64,000 nt of DNA, from the IMG/VR virus record IMGVR_UViG_3300042543_000303, positions 1 to 64,000 of that record. One strand, 5' to 3'. Each line of letters begins with the position of its first letter. The stretch's first letter is position 1. Both the position numbers and the translations under genes were made by a program. Source of the stretch: a virus. Under the pieces are notes generated by a model. The model saw only the letters and a list, made by a program, of their open reading frames with translations, was not told the DNA's origin and made no database searches. Of the stretch, positions 55,901-64,000 are shown in pieces.

Positions 55901-57611
55901 CCTCGATAATTTCCGGGTCGTTCAGAATTGGGTTGTACCAGCTCCGGTTCGGGTAAACGTGCTTCTTACCTTTGCCCTTGTGCCGCTCGTCGAGCCAATC
56001 GCGCAGCATTGGGTGGTTATACGCATTCTGAACCTTCTGCGGCTCGTACCCGGAATCCTTTATCTTCGGGTCATCGTAGTAGCGCGTCTCGTCACCGTCA
56101 ATCTGCTCTTCAACGCGGTTCTCGTCGTACGTCTTTCGCTGATCCGATACCCATGACGGCCAGTCGGACAGTAGAAGCCGCAGATCGTTTGAGGTAAGCG
56201 GCGGTAGACGATTTGGGAGCGACGCGACAGGCTGATCAATTGGCGCGCGAGGCTCGGCAACGATCCCGCGGAGATCAAGAGGCGAGTCGTCGATAATCTG
56301 AGGCCGCTGGGTAGGAGGCGGCGCGCCTTCCTCGTCCGTCGGACCAGTCTGTGACGCTGGGACGGTCGCCGATGAGCCATCGTCAAACTTAACCGTGACG
56401 GTCTTGTCGGCAGGGTTGATCGACGAGATGTTGCCAGAACGCCCGGACGTGTCGCCAGTGATCGTGACGCGCGAACCATTCTTCGCGAAACGCCCTGTGC
56501 GATCACGCACCTGTTGACTAGCCTTCTTGCTGCGCTCCTCTGGCGTGTAGTTGCCGTCGCCATCCGAGACCTTGATGTCTGTTTCGCCGGCCGCGGTTAC
56601 AGTGACAAGATCAGCGAGCTCCCAGTCAACCTCAGGCATGGCGTTCTCGACGAGAGTTGCCTCGTCAGCGTCAAGGTCATACACCGAAACCGGAGTGAAC
56701 GGGTTCTGCTGCAAATGCGCCGAGACGGTGACAGCCGCGATGGGGTCGATGACAACGTGCATTTTCTCGCAGCGGTCATACGGGTCGTCGAGCATGCGGT
56801 CATAGCCGAGCGGGTCGCCGTCAACTGTGGCGAATCGCGTCCAGCAGCCGTCGTCCCAGAGAAGAACGTCACCGGCCTCGTTCACCATATAGAGACGGTC
56901 GATACCAGTGCCGTCGAGGCGCACGCGTGCAACAAACTCTGGTGCTGCATCTTCGTCGAGCTCAAATGCGAGCTTGAACGGATCAACGTCGGCGTCATAG
57001 CTCGTTGCCAGCTCGTACTCCGAGCCGTCGCCAAACAAATCAACGCCTGGGTAGCCGCCAGACGTCAGCGCGCGCTTGTTCTCGCGCTCGACGATCGCCT
57101 TCGACCAGCGCCACGCCGCGTCACCACCCCACAACGCCCAGGCAATGCGCCCGCGCGACGGAAAACCGTCTTCACCAGGCTCGTAGCCCTTCGCCTTCTT
57201 ATCAATTTCATGACGAGGAAAGTACTTTGCGATGTGGCGAATCTTCTCAATACCAATCTGACCGCCTCGCGCAAGAGTACGCGCCGTGTTCATACCCACC
57301 GGGGTACCACCGCGCTTAAACTCCTTGCGCCACTCCAGCGCGCGCTTAGCCTCGGCTTGCACGCCCTTCGGAATCGTGTACATGCGCCCGGAAGCGGTCA
57401 ACACGCGAATATCGAGACTCGAAACAGCGCTCGAGGCAAGGTCAAACGTCGCAGGCAAAGCGGAAAGCTCGTCGGACGACCAGCTCTCACGCGCACGAAA
57501 CTCCGCCGCGCTTCCGCTCGCGACAACAGTGTTCGTGCTCTCGTCAACAATAGCTGCGGCATCGTCATCCGCGAAGAGAAGACGTGAACCATTGCGCCCA
57601 ACGAGTTCCAT
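52902..57611 (-). CDS. Multidomain capsid maturation protease fusion (1569 aa)
   Basis: Directly upstream of the capsid gene. SGDGR..LPL.WQ..GH..VGRID..GVSAD protease-like domain, a second GH.A.W..HYD..SGDWR..VNVPGFP domain, and several accessory domains. Confidence 0.78.
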   Translation of the reverse strand: MELVGRNGSRLLFADDDAAAIVDESTNTVVASGSAAEFRARESWSSDELSALPATFDLASSAVSSLDIRVLTASGRMYTIPKGVQAEAKRALEWRKEFKRGGTPVGMNTARTLARGGQIGIEKIRHIAKYFPRHEIDKKAKGYEPGEDGFPSRGRIAWALWGGDAAWRWSKAIVERENKRALTSGGYPGVDLFGDGSEYELATSYDADVDPFKLAFELDEDAAPEFVARVRLDGTGIDRLYMVNEAGDVLLWDDGCWTRFATVDGDPLGYDRMLDDPYDRCEKMHVVIDPIAAVTVSAHLQQNPFTPVSVYDLDADEATLVENAMPEVDWELADLVTVTAAGETDIKVSDGDGNYTPEERSKKASQQVRDRTGRFAKNGSRVTITGDTSGRSGNISSINPADKTVTVKFDDGSSATVPASQTGPTDEEGAPPPTQRPQIIDDSPLDLRGIVAEPRAPIDQPVASLPNRLPPLTSNDLRLLLSDWPSWVSDQRKTYDENRVEEQIDGDETRYYDDPKIKDSGYEPQKVQNAYNHPMLRDWLDERHKGKGKKHVYPNRSWYNPILNDPEIIEDKKSRKAVYASGEPDKNTDEKKAPAKEGKALTPETSDVAPLYMAIVAADDPRAVMELVSLVPATSTSLEPATFKRLNGEWVADEKILRDLNSPTPPPVIVLDDPTLDDVLKQVDGDAALTAALEQMRDAMLMPLWGPKGEIAALVSAGGLDRNRGNAEKLRRYWLHGKGAAKIRWNTPGDWTRCVRYLAKYMGPRAKGYCALRHKEATGLWTGDKLHRQMYGRNKGMFSTDVIHTEDEVTFTTALSAQARAAKDRVLMAGGAQRADGAKFCIPLVIPEDMESGDGRSFEPDSIGVRDLPLPLMWQIKTADGHEGSVVVGRIDTMERVENGIGNAYGVFDTGAYGREAERLVREGFIRGVSADLDQFEAKHGQSEAGDDSEDRIGGDKIRIHKARVMAVTLVPKPAFQECSIQLIEDENEQPEQATEEEGDVIPDGVYVEQVDPSEAAAIVACGMIAGAIPVVPPREWFDNPELDKPAALTVTDDGRVFGHIAAWHVDHIGMAFGTRPPRSKSRYAYFHTGVLRAENGEDIPVGQLTLAGGHAALEASAEQAVRHYDDTASAIADVHAGEDRFGIWVAGALRPGVTPEQVRALRASAPSGDWRPIKGNLELVAVCQVNVPGFPIARARVASGQVMALVAAGASVLAKLKSDPMADLASRVEKLEQLEQAELSAKIDPIKETFAAAKAEQEGRLRSRMSELTLRVKGEPSYDDGFGDSTAYRMKMAKEGKALPDGSYPIGNIDSLKDSIQAYGRGKKSKRAQIRRHIMKRARQLDRPDLIPEKWKSMGTFEIDETLDEMRLRIASLTATGALAVAVEAEEMVPAVGESVDERGRYTPETQPRDDSGRFRRVLARLKQNIGDSGLTNIIEKIEEAENNENAGDYEQAAGSAGELIDMIDRIDTGALNPRALENVRATAAELGRVVANLPLPFGQDAAKVRYSDLPPALKDLIEDMIIRVADKIGDEDAAEATKVLESYKGGGDFMNQSEISSELSKLLRLLT

Positions 57612-57612
57612 G

Positions 57613-58659
57613 CTAGTCAGCCTTCTCCTCTGTCACGGGACCACCTGCAACCCACGCGCGGCACGTTCTTGCCGCCGCGCACTTAAAGTCAAACGCTTCG
57701 CAGTAGCCAAGCTCGCCAGCTTCATCAATCGCGTCAAACTCGTCCGCGTCATCGGTAAGACCAGACGCGATGCAGTCCTTCATACGCGGAGTGATCACGA
57801 ACACGGCGCAGTTACCGCAGCGCTGCTTCTTAGCCTCGTCCGGGCGCACCTGCCACTCGCTGGCAAGAGCCGCCCAGTACTCGTCGTTCGGCTCCGCTGG
57901 GTTCAACGGGCCGTACATCGCTGTCTGAATCGCGTTCTGCCGATTCTTTAGATTCAGGCCAATATCCCGGGTCGCGGGCGGGCAGGCGCCAGCGGCAGCC
58001 GCGGTAAGACCTTCCTGCACGTCCTCGTACTTCTTAACCTCGGCGAACGTCAGCTCGTCGTCATCGGAGAGCTTGGCCCAGGCTTTGATAATTTCCGGCT
58101 TGACGTCGATGACCTGTAGCCCGTCAAGCGACTCGTCATCGGCTGGAAGCTTAAACCACCCGTCACCTTCGCGCAGATAGATGCCATCAGCGCCGCTGTA
58201 GATTAGATCCTGAACTTCCTGAGTGTCAGGGTCAACCGTTACGAACAGCGACTCGTCCGCCGCGGGCGCATCCGGGCTGAACGCCATTGCTACCTCCAAG
58301 TCGATGCTTCTCTCGATTGCCTCGGCGGGAACCTCAGCGGCCAGAGAAGATGCCCACAGGCCATCGGAATCTTCAACTGCTCGTATCGTATAGATCCTAC
58401 CAAGACTCGAGAACGTTATAGCTCCAGTTTTAGGGTCAATGTCAACCGAATCACGCGAATCTACCGGGTACTGGCGCGCAACTCCGTCGTACCCGCCGAC
58501 GTAGACATACGTGATCCCGTCCTGCTCAACAACTATCCGTGGAGAGTACGCTACTCGGTGGACAACCTGACCCTCGTCCTCGCTATCCAGAACCGCCGGA
58601 CCCCAGGCAAGATACCCCTGGTCTTTAACCTCGTCAGGTGCCTGTCGTAGTTTACGCAC
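57613..58659 (-). CDS. Head-region protein with a C-terminal HiPIP-like Cys-rich domain
   Basis: QRCGNCAVF..GYCEAFDFKC....TCRAW. GGGAG RBS. Confidence 0.6.
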   Translation of the reverse strand: MRKLRQAPDEVKDQGYLAWGPAVLDSEDEGQVVHRVAYSPRIVVEQDGITYVYVGGYDGVARQYPVDSRDSVDIDPKTGAITFSSLGRIYTIRAVEDSDGLWASSLAAEVPAEAIERSIDLEVAMAFSPDAPAADESLFVTVDPDTQEVQDLIYSGADGIYLREGDGWFKLPADDESLDGLQVIDVKPEIIKAWAKLSDDDELTFAEVKKYEDVQEGLTAAAAGACPPATRDIGLNLKNRQNAIQTAMYGPLNPAEPNDEYWAALASEWQVRPDEAKKQRCGNCAVFVITPRMKDCIASGLTDDADEFDAIDEAGELGYCEAFDFKCAAARTCRAWVAGGPVTEEKAD

Positions 58660-58670
58660 GTCATTCTCCC

Positions 58671-61600
58671 TTAGCTAATCTTGTCCATGGCGGCCTTGAG
58701 CTTCGCGCGCTCCTCAGGTGAAATATCAGGCAGATCCTCGCCCTTGGAGATAAAGATCTGCTCGATCGGGATGCCTCCGAGAGAGAAGATCCCGCGGGCT
58801 TTCAAGGCAGCGATTAGATCATCGCGCATACGAGCCTCGGGGATGAGCACATGGTCGAGGTCAGACCAGTCAAGACGATGCTTGAGCATCAGCTCATACG
58901 TGTACGGAGTAATGTTTTTGATGATGTCAGCCGTGTTGGAGCGCTTTCCGAACTTGTCGTTTTGGTTCGCGTACATATCCAGGCGCTCGAACACAGCCTC
59001 GGGCCTAAACACGATGCGAGGTCCGGAATTATACGAGTCCGAATACACTGTCGTGTCCGGGCGATAGCCCTTCGGAGCAGTAAACACGTAGTCAGCTCCG
59101 CCAGTCACGGCATCACTGGTAGACGACATTCCGTTGCGGCCAATACCCTCAGTCCAGCGCGTTGTCGTCGACAGCAGACCGTCATGCGGGCTGCCGAACA
59201 GCTCCAGGTAGTACTCAAGCCACGCCGCGCGGCGCTCATCCTCTGGCCCGCTATAGAGCAGCTTCCCTGTCGCCGTTTCCGACGGCGGAGTAATTGAATG
59301 AAGAATCGCCTTAACACCAGTAGCCTTAGCGATTTTCTCAGCAACCTCGGGAGGAAGCCTGTACTCAATGCGCCCGTCCGCTCCAGACACGACGCGAATG
59401 TCTTCTAACGCAAAACCCCACTTCTTGTAGATCTCCTCAAGCTTAGCTTCGCGCGCCGGGCCGGAAAGATTCTTAGTCGGGTTAGTCTCCTTGCCGAACA
59501 GGCTAAGCACACGATTCTCAATCAGTACCCGTGCATCTTCCTGAACGGCCGGACGCGCATCGCGCACGCCTGCCGCGGTCATTACCTTGGCGATGTCATC
59601 CTCGGTAGCGTTACCGGGGAGAACCACCTGCACAAGATTATGGAACGCCTTAGGGCCGCTCGATGACGGGTTAGCCCCGTCGCTCGTGTTTGCCCGGTGC
59701 AAGATAACCGTAGCGGGGCCGCTATCCGTGTCGACAGTGAACTCGTACGTTCGACCGTACCCGTTCTTGTACGCCGAGTCCGGCGCAATGCGCATCAGCC
59801 CGTCCTGATCACGACGGAGCTTACGGATTCTCAACTCCGTGCTCTTTACATCCGGATCGCCAAACACCTTCTTAGCCAAAACGGCACCGGCCCAGCTGGT
59901 CAGACGATACTTGAGCATGAGCTTCTCGTCGCCGCCCTGATCGAGCACACGAGTGACGCGCACATCCAAGTCTTCAACATCACCCGCGTCAGTCGCAACA
60001 GATGCACCTCGAGTTGCGGAGTCGGCGTCTTGACGAACATAGTCAATTGCTCCGCTCATTGACTTCACGTCTTCAAAGTTTGACTGATTCCAAGACTGCG
60101 GCTCATCGACGACAACCGCGGGCGCACCAGTCTGAATCGGCTTGCTTGACTTCTTAGGAGTGTTGCTCTTCGCGACCGGCATGTCACCAGTGCCAGACAC
60201 GACAACCTTCTTGATCGAGCGAGCCTTCTTGGTCTCGTCCGGGAACTTCACGTCGACGTATGTCCCGTTCGGCTGCAGCTTGACGACAGTACCCTCGTTG
60301 CCCTGCGCGTCAGTAACCTTCGCGCCGACCCAGATCGGGTTGCCATTTGCGTCAGGCAGCGTGGGCGCGCCTGGCGGAGGAGTAGGCACGTCGACTGCCT
60401 CCGCAGCAGCGGGCGGCGCCTCTGGCTCAGATACGTCAGCCTCGGGCTCGCTGTCGTTGTTGTCATCCTTGAACGACGTGTAGTGCTCACCGGAGACCGG
60501 GCCGATCTTCTCGAGGCCACCGTAGATTGATGCAAGCGCGTCATCAAGCGTGCCAACGCCCATTCCGGGCTTTAGTGTAATCGACCATGACTTATCGTCA
60601 CCGTTGTAGCGATAGCCAGCCTTCTTCAGCGCGTCCTTAATCGGGAAGGTCTTACCCTTCACGGTCAGAGTGACACCGGCTACCTTACCGGTGTACTTGC
60701 CCCCGACGTTGTAGTCGCTAACAAGATCGCCCTTGATGCTGTATTCGACTCCGTCACCGACTGTGCCCGAGTAGTCGATCGCTTCGAGCGCACTCTTTGG
60801 CACGGACTTGACTACGCTGCCTGGCGTCTCCATATTTGGCAGCTTGAGATCGAGAGAATCCGCAGCAGTAGGTTCACTTGCGACAGGCTCCGGCTCCGGC
60901 GTTTCTTCAATCTCTGGAGCCGCAGGCTCTGGGGCCGCAGGCGTTGGCATCGTCGGAGCATTGTCCTTGGGCTCTGGAACCGACCAGCCCTTGTCCTCGA
61001 GCACGGAGATCAAGGCGCTTACGCTGATCGGAGTTTCGTACCCTCCGGGAGGAGCGATGTCGACAACGGAGTCGCCGCTGTACATTGCCTCGTAGATATT
61101 CCAGCGCTGATCCTTAGCCAGGTCAAAGATATCGGCATTCGAGTATTTACCGTTTTCACCGTCGGCCAGTGATTCTGCGATGTCCGCGTAGGCCGCACTA
61201 ATCGGCATACGCTCGTACTCGTACGCGGCCTTCGGCCCATTCAGCACAACGTCGGACACGATCGCGTCGATGTCGTCACGCCCATCGCTTGTTAGACCGT
61301 CGCGTATCGCAGGAAGTAGCGCGCTTGGGATGAAAACCGATTCTGGATTCTTATCGTAGTACGCGGGATGCCGAAGTCGCAGATAGTTGTACATGTCCAC
61401 GGCAGGCTCAATACCAAGGGCATCAGCGATAGCGTCCACGCCAACCCCTCCCTGCAGGACGGGCTCGAGAGCCATGAGCGCATCGATCTTGCTCTGGAAC
61501 GTGGAAGTGTCCTCAGGCTCCCCCGGGGAAGGCGCTTCAGGCGCTTCAGGCGCTTCAGGCTCAGAAGCTGGAGACTCGTCAGAGTCTGTCAGAATCTCAA

Positions 61601-64000
61601 GCGTCTTCGTCGAACGCACAATCTTCTTACCCGACGCGTCCTTGACAAACACATACTTTGGGTTCTTATCAAACTTGACAACCTCAGCCTCGAGCCCGTC
61701 CTTTGTAGAACGAACCTTCATGCCGATCTGCAACGGCGTTCCGTCACTTGACAAATACGAATCCGCTACAGGAGCAGACTCAGGCTCAGGCTCAGGCGAC
61801 GGCTCATCAACCGTAGCAGCAGGCGGAGTGTAGTCGTCAGGAACACCAGCGGGCTCCGGCGTAGCAACACCGGCGGGCGTTTCCTTCTCGTCATCAACGT
61901 ACGTGTTAACATGAGTCTCTGGCTGCTCATCATTCAAGCTCACGTAATCAAGAATGTACTGACGACGCGCCTTTAGCTTATCCGACAGCTCCTTGGCTTG
62001 CTCGGGATCCTGCACGATCGCGCCGACCATGTCTTCGATCTTGTCCGGAGTCATCGGCAAAAGCTTACGCGCGCTCTCGCGCAACTGATCCGTCGACATG
62101 CTACCAAACACTGCAAACGACTGCGCGTTCTTATTCGGGTCGCGCAGTGTGTCAAGCTCAGTGACTTCGTTGCCAAACGCGCCACCCTTCGGCGCGCCCT
62201 GCGCCCGGAAGATAAGCGCACCACCCGGGTCAACACGCACCGGGTTACCATCCGCGTCAGTGACAACGTTATCAAACACGAGACCAGCGACATCCCAGTT
62301 CGCGAGCCAGGCGTCAACAGCGAAACCGTCCTGCACCTTCTCGAGGTAGTCCTGCTCGTCGAGGCGCGAACCAAAATCGCTTGTTGCGCCGTCAATCATC
62401 GGCGACACCGTCACCAGGTCGCCATTGCCGTCGCGACCCAGATAAATTCCTGCCGCGTCAACACCAGCCGCACGATACAAAGCCGACGCGAGCGTTTCGT
62501 TCTGCGCGTGCAAATCGCTCTTCGGGTACTTCACGTAGTAGCGGTTACCATCCGCGTCCTCGTACGTGCCACCCTTGTTCGAGCCCATCTGACCGCCGAC
62601 CTGCTTCCAGTCAGAGATATCAAACTCTGACAGCGCAGTCTCGTCCCGGACCGCTGCGATCTCATCAGCCGCGATCGACTCAGCAGGCTCAATGTCAGGC
62701 TCATCGGTCTCAGTATCAGCGTCAACGCCATCACCGGCGTTCGCCACGTCGCGCAGAATTTCGTCCGTGTCGAATCCCTGAATCTGCAGCGCGTCGCGAA
62801 TAGCCTCGACGGGGATCTGTGCAGTGTAACCCTCGTCAAGCGGGTACTCAAACGAGCCAAACCCGGTGCCATCCTCGACACCGGCGCGAAGCTGCTCGAT
62901 CAGATCGTTCGTTTCCCACATCTCCGCAAGATACAGAGGGCTATCCGTAAAGCCTTCCGGAACCCCCTCATAGTTATCGCCCTCAGGGTACTCAGGCTCA
63001 TACGTGTCAGGGCTAACGTCGTGGTAACCTTCCGGCATCTCGACGTATTCATTCTCAGACAGCAATGACGAGTAATCGCCATTCGCGTTGTACCGCGCCC
63101 ACTCTGGCGTAGTCATCGGGCGAAGATTAACGACGTACGTATCCTTGGTTTCGCCACCGTACGTAGGCGCGGTCTCCTTTGTCACCGAATCCACGACGTA
63201 CTGGCCCCAGACGACATCCTCGTGCTCGTGGAAGAACCAAGAAAGACGCTCGATGTTCATTGACGTAGCTTCACCGGCGTCCAGTCGAAAAACAACACCC
63301 GCCGTGTTATCATCTGACTTAAAGTTACGCTTCGCATACGAATCAGCGGTCGACTCTTCCCAGGTCCAGCTAGACGGAGCAAAGTTAATAACTGAACCCT
63401 CAGTCGTGTACAACTCAAAGTCTTCGTCAAAGATCGACATGTCAACGCCTCGGAACACCGGCCTCTGATTCGCTGACGCGCCAGCGGCAAGGATTTCCGC
63501 GAACGCACGATAGATTTCAGAGCCTTCCTCACCCGCCGCGAACGCGCTCTTTGACTCCTTAAAATCGTCAATACTGCCAAGCTGCTTGTAGATCTCGCTA
63601 GCGAGCGCAGAAACTGCGTTGTAATCAGAATCGTCAATACCGCTGTAGTCCGCGAGGGCTTTAGCCACTTCCCTTAGCCCAGTGCTGACTACTCCCCCGT
63701 CCCCATTGTCGATGTGCTGGAACAGTCCCCACCAACTTGCAATAAGAGCCTTATCGCTGTCGCTTGCCGTGTCGCTCATCACTCCAGCAAGCGCTGGCGC
63801 CAAGAACTCAGCAATGGCGGCGCGATTTGCCATAGCCTCAGATTCATCGGCGGGGATCGGAAGCTGCATCGCGAAATTGCGAAGCTCACGAACACCAGGC
63901 TGGAGCTCATCGACATCGATCGCGGAGATTTCCGCCGCGATATTAAGCTTCTCGAGCTGGCGCTGGCTAACGTAGACATCAGGCTCGGCTTCCTCTACGC
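58671..64000 (-). CDS. Giant multidomain effector-like protein (R-S-E ADP-ribosyltransferase, PI3/4K/HipA-like kinase, SH3-like repeats, C-terminal ART-like domain); 5' end lies outside the window
   Basis: The frame stays open from 63869 to the window edge (43 more sense codons). VFRG..PSSWT..EHED; GSN.GG..YYVK..NE..NWD..DN..RVD.G; HSIT..GLLS..DYVF..YELML. Confidence 0.8.
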   Translation of the reverse strand, partial: VEEAEPDVYVSQRQLEKLNIAAEISAIDVDELQPGVRELRNFAMQLPIPADESEAMANRAAIAEFLAPALAGVMSDTASDSDKALIASWWGLFQHIDNGDGGVVSTGLREVAKALADYSGIDDSDYNAVSALASEIYKQLGSIDDFKESKSAFAAGEEGSEIYRAFAEILAAGASANQRPVFRGVDMSIFDEDFELYTTEGSVINFAPSSWTWEESTADSYAKRNFKSDDNTAGVVFRLDAGEATSMNIERLSWFFHEHEDVVWGQYVVDSVTKETAPTYGGETKDTYVVNLRPMTTPEWARYNANGDYSSLLSENEYVEMPEGYHDVSPDTYEPEYPEGDNYEGVPEGFTDSPLYLAEMWETNDLIEQLRAGVEDGTGFGSFEYPLDEGYTAQIPVEAIRDALQIQGFDTDEILRDVANAGDGVDADTETDEPDIEPAESIAADEIAAVRDETALSEFDISDWKQVGGQMGSNKGGTYEDADGNRYYVKYPKSDLHAQNETLASALYRAAGVDAAGIYLGRDGNGDLVTVSPMIDGATSDFGSRLDEQDYLEKVQDGFAVDAWLANWDVAGLVFDNVVTDADGNPVRVDPGGALIFRAQGAPKGGAFGNEVTELDTLRDPNKNAQSFAVFGSMSTDQLRESARKLLPMTPDKIEDMVGAIVQDPEQAKELSDKLKARRQYILDYVSLNDEQPETHVNTYVDDEKETPAGVATPEPAGVPDDYTPPAATVDEPSPEPEPESAPVADSYLSSDGTPLQIGMKVRSTKDGLEAEVVKFDKNPKYVFVKDASGKKIVRSTKTLEILTDSDESPASEPEAPEAPEAPSPGEPEDTSTFQSKIDALMALEPVLQGGVGVDAIADALGIEPAVDMYNYLRLRHPAYYDKNPESVFIPSALLPAIRDGLTSDGRDDIDAIVSDVVLNGPKAAYEYERMPISAAYADIAESLADGENGKYSNADIFDLAKDQRWNIYEAMYSGDSVVDIAPPGGYETPISVSALISVLEDKGWSVPEPKDNAPTMPTPAAPEPAAPEIEETPEPEPVASEPTAADSLDLKLPNMETPGSVVKSVPKSALEAIDYSGTVGDGVEYSIKGDLVSDYNVGGKYTGKVAGVTLTVKGKTFPIKDALKKAGYRYNGDDKSWSITLKPGMGVGTLDDALASIYGGLEKIGPVSGEHYTSFKDDNNDSEPEADVSEPEAPPAAAEAVDVPTPPPGAPTLPDANGNPIWVGAKVTDAQGNEGTVVKLQPNGTYVDVKFPDETKKARSIKKVVVSGTGDMPVAKSNTPKKSSKPIQTGAPAVVVDEPQSWNQSNFEDVKSMSGAIDYVRQDADSATRGASVATDAGDVEDLDVRVTRVLDQGGDEKLMLKYRLTSWAGAVLAKKVFGDPDVKSTELRIRKLRRDQDGLMRIAPDSAYKNGYGRTYEFTVDTDSGPATVILHRANTSDGANPSSSGPKAFHNLVQVVLPGNATEDDIAKVMTAAGVRDARPAVQEDARVLIENRVLSLFGKETNPTKNLSGPAREAKLEEIYKKWGFALEDIRVVSGADGRIEYRLPPEVAEKIAKATGVKAILHSITPPSETATGKLLYSGPEDERRAAWLEYYLELFGSPHDGLLSTTTRWTEGIGRNGMSSTSDAVTGGADYVFTAPKGYRPDTTVYSDSYNSGPRIVFRPEAVFERLDMYANQNDKFGKRSNTADIIKNITPYTYELMLKHRLDWSDLDHVLIPEARMRDDLIAALKARGIFSLGGIPIEQIFISKGEDLPDISPEERAKLKAAMDKIS

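Noticed and set aside
61531-61560. (GGCGCTTCA)x3 and similar short repeats (for example near 7839-7860)
   Set aside because: Short low-complexity linker coding (EAP, AE); not informative.
1-64000. Prophage or temperate status
   Set aside because: No integrase, att site, clear repressor or host genes are in this window. It cannot be excluded for the rest of the genome.

Overview
The whole window reads as part of a large, probably lytic, actinobacterial siphovirus genome. Support for the host call: a WhiB gene, GC-rich codon use, leaderless-type promoters, and a head/tail gene set resembling the Rosebush/cluster-B type. Layout: (1) 1-7.9 kb, + strand, an adhesion/fibre block (collagen-like gene end, a repeat-built fibre, a BNR-propeller protein) followed by a GT2-TPR glycosyltransferase. 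(2) 9-14.5 kb, - strand, accessory genes (SAM methyltransferase, WhiB, DUF4406, pyrimidine-dimer glycosylase) and the large terminase. (3) 14.5-29.2 kb, - strand, a replication/recombination operon (PolA, SNF2 helicase, Cas4-like nuclease, Sak4-like ATPase, SSB, RuvC-like resolvase) interleaved with an apparent cytosine-hypermodification pathway. (4) 29.7-64 kb, - strand, the virion operon: tail tip proteins, tape measure, chaperones, major tail, two capsid proteins, a 1569-aa protease fusion, a HiPIP-like protein, and a giant effector-like protein that runs off the right edge. The best candidate for an undescribed system is the modification cluster. It contains a dCMP-type (Asp) thymidylate-synthase homologue, a kinase-UDG-like fusion, a T4 gp56-like dCTPase and two paralogous GT-B transferases. 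It also contains a C5-methyltransferase-fold enzyme with intact catalytic residues but a remodelled cofactor site (motif X Asn->Lys). The second candidate is the giant protein carrying ART, kinase and ART-like domains. All family assignments come from reading motifs by eye; no database search was run. No tRNA, CRISPR array, integrase or portal gene was seen in this window.
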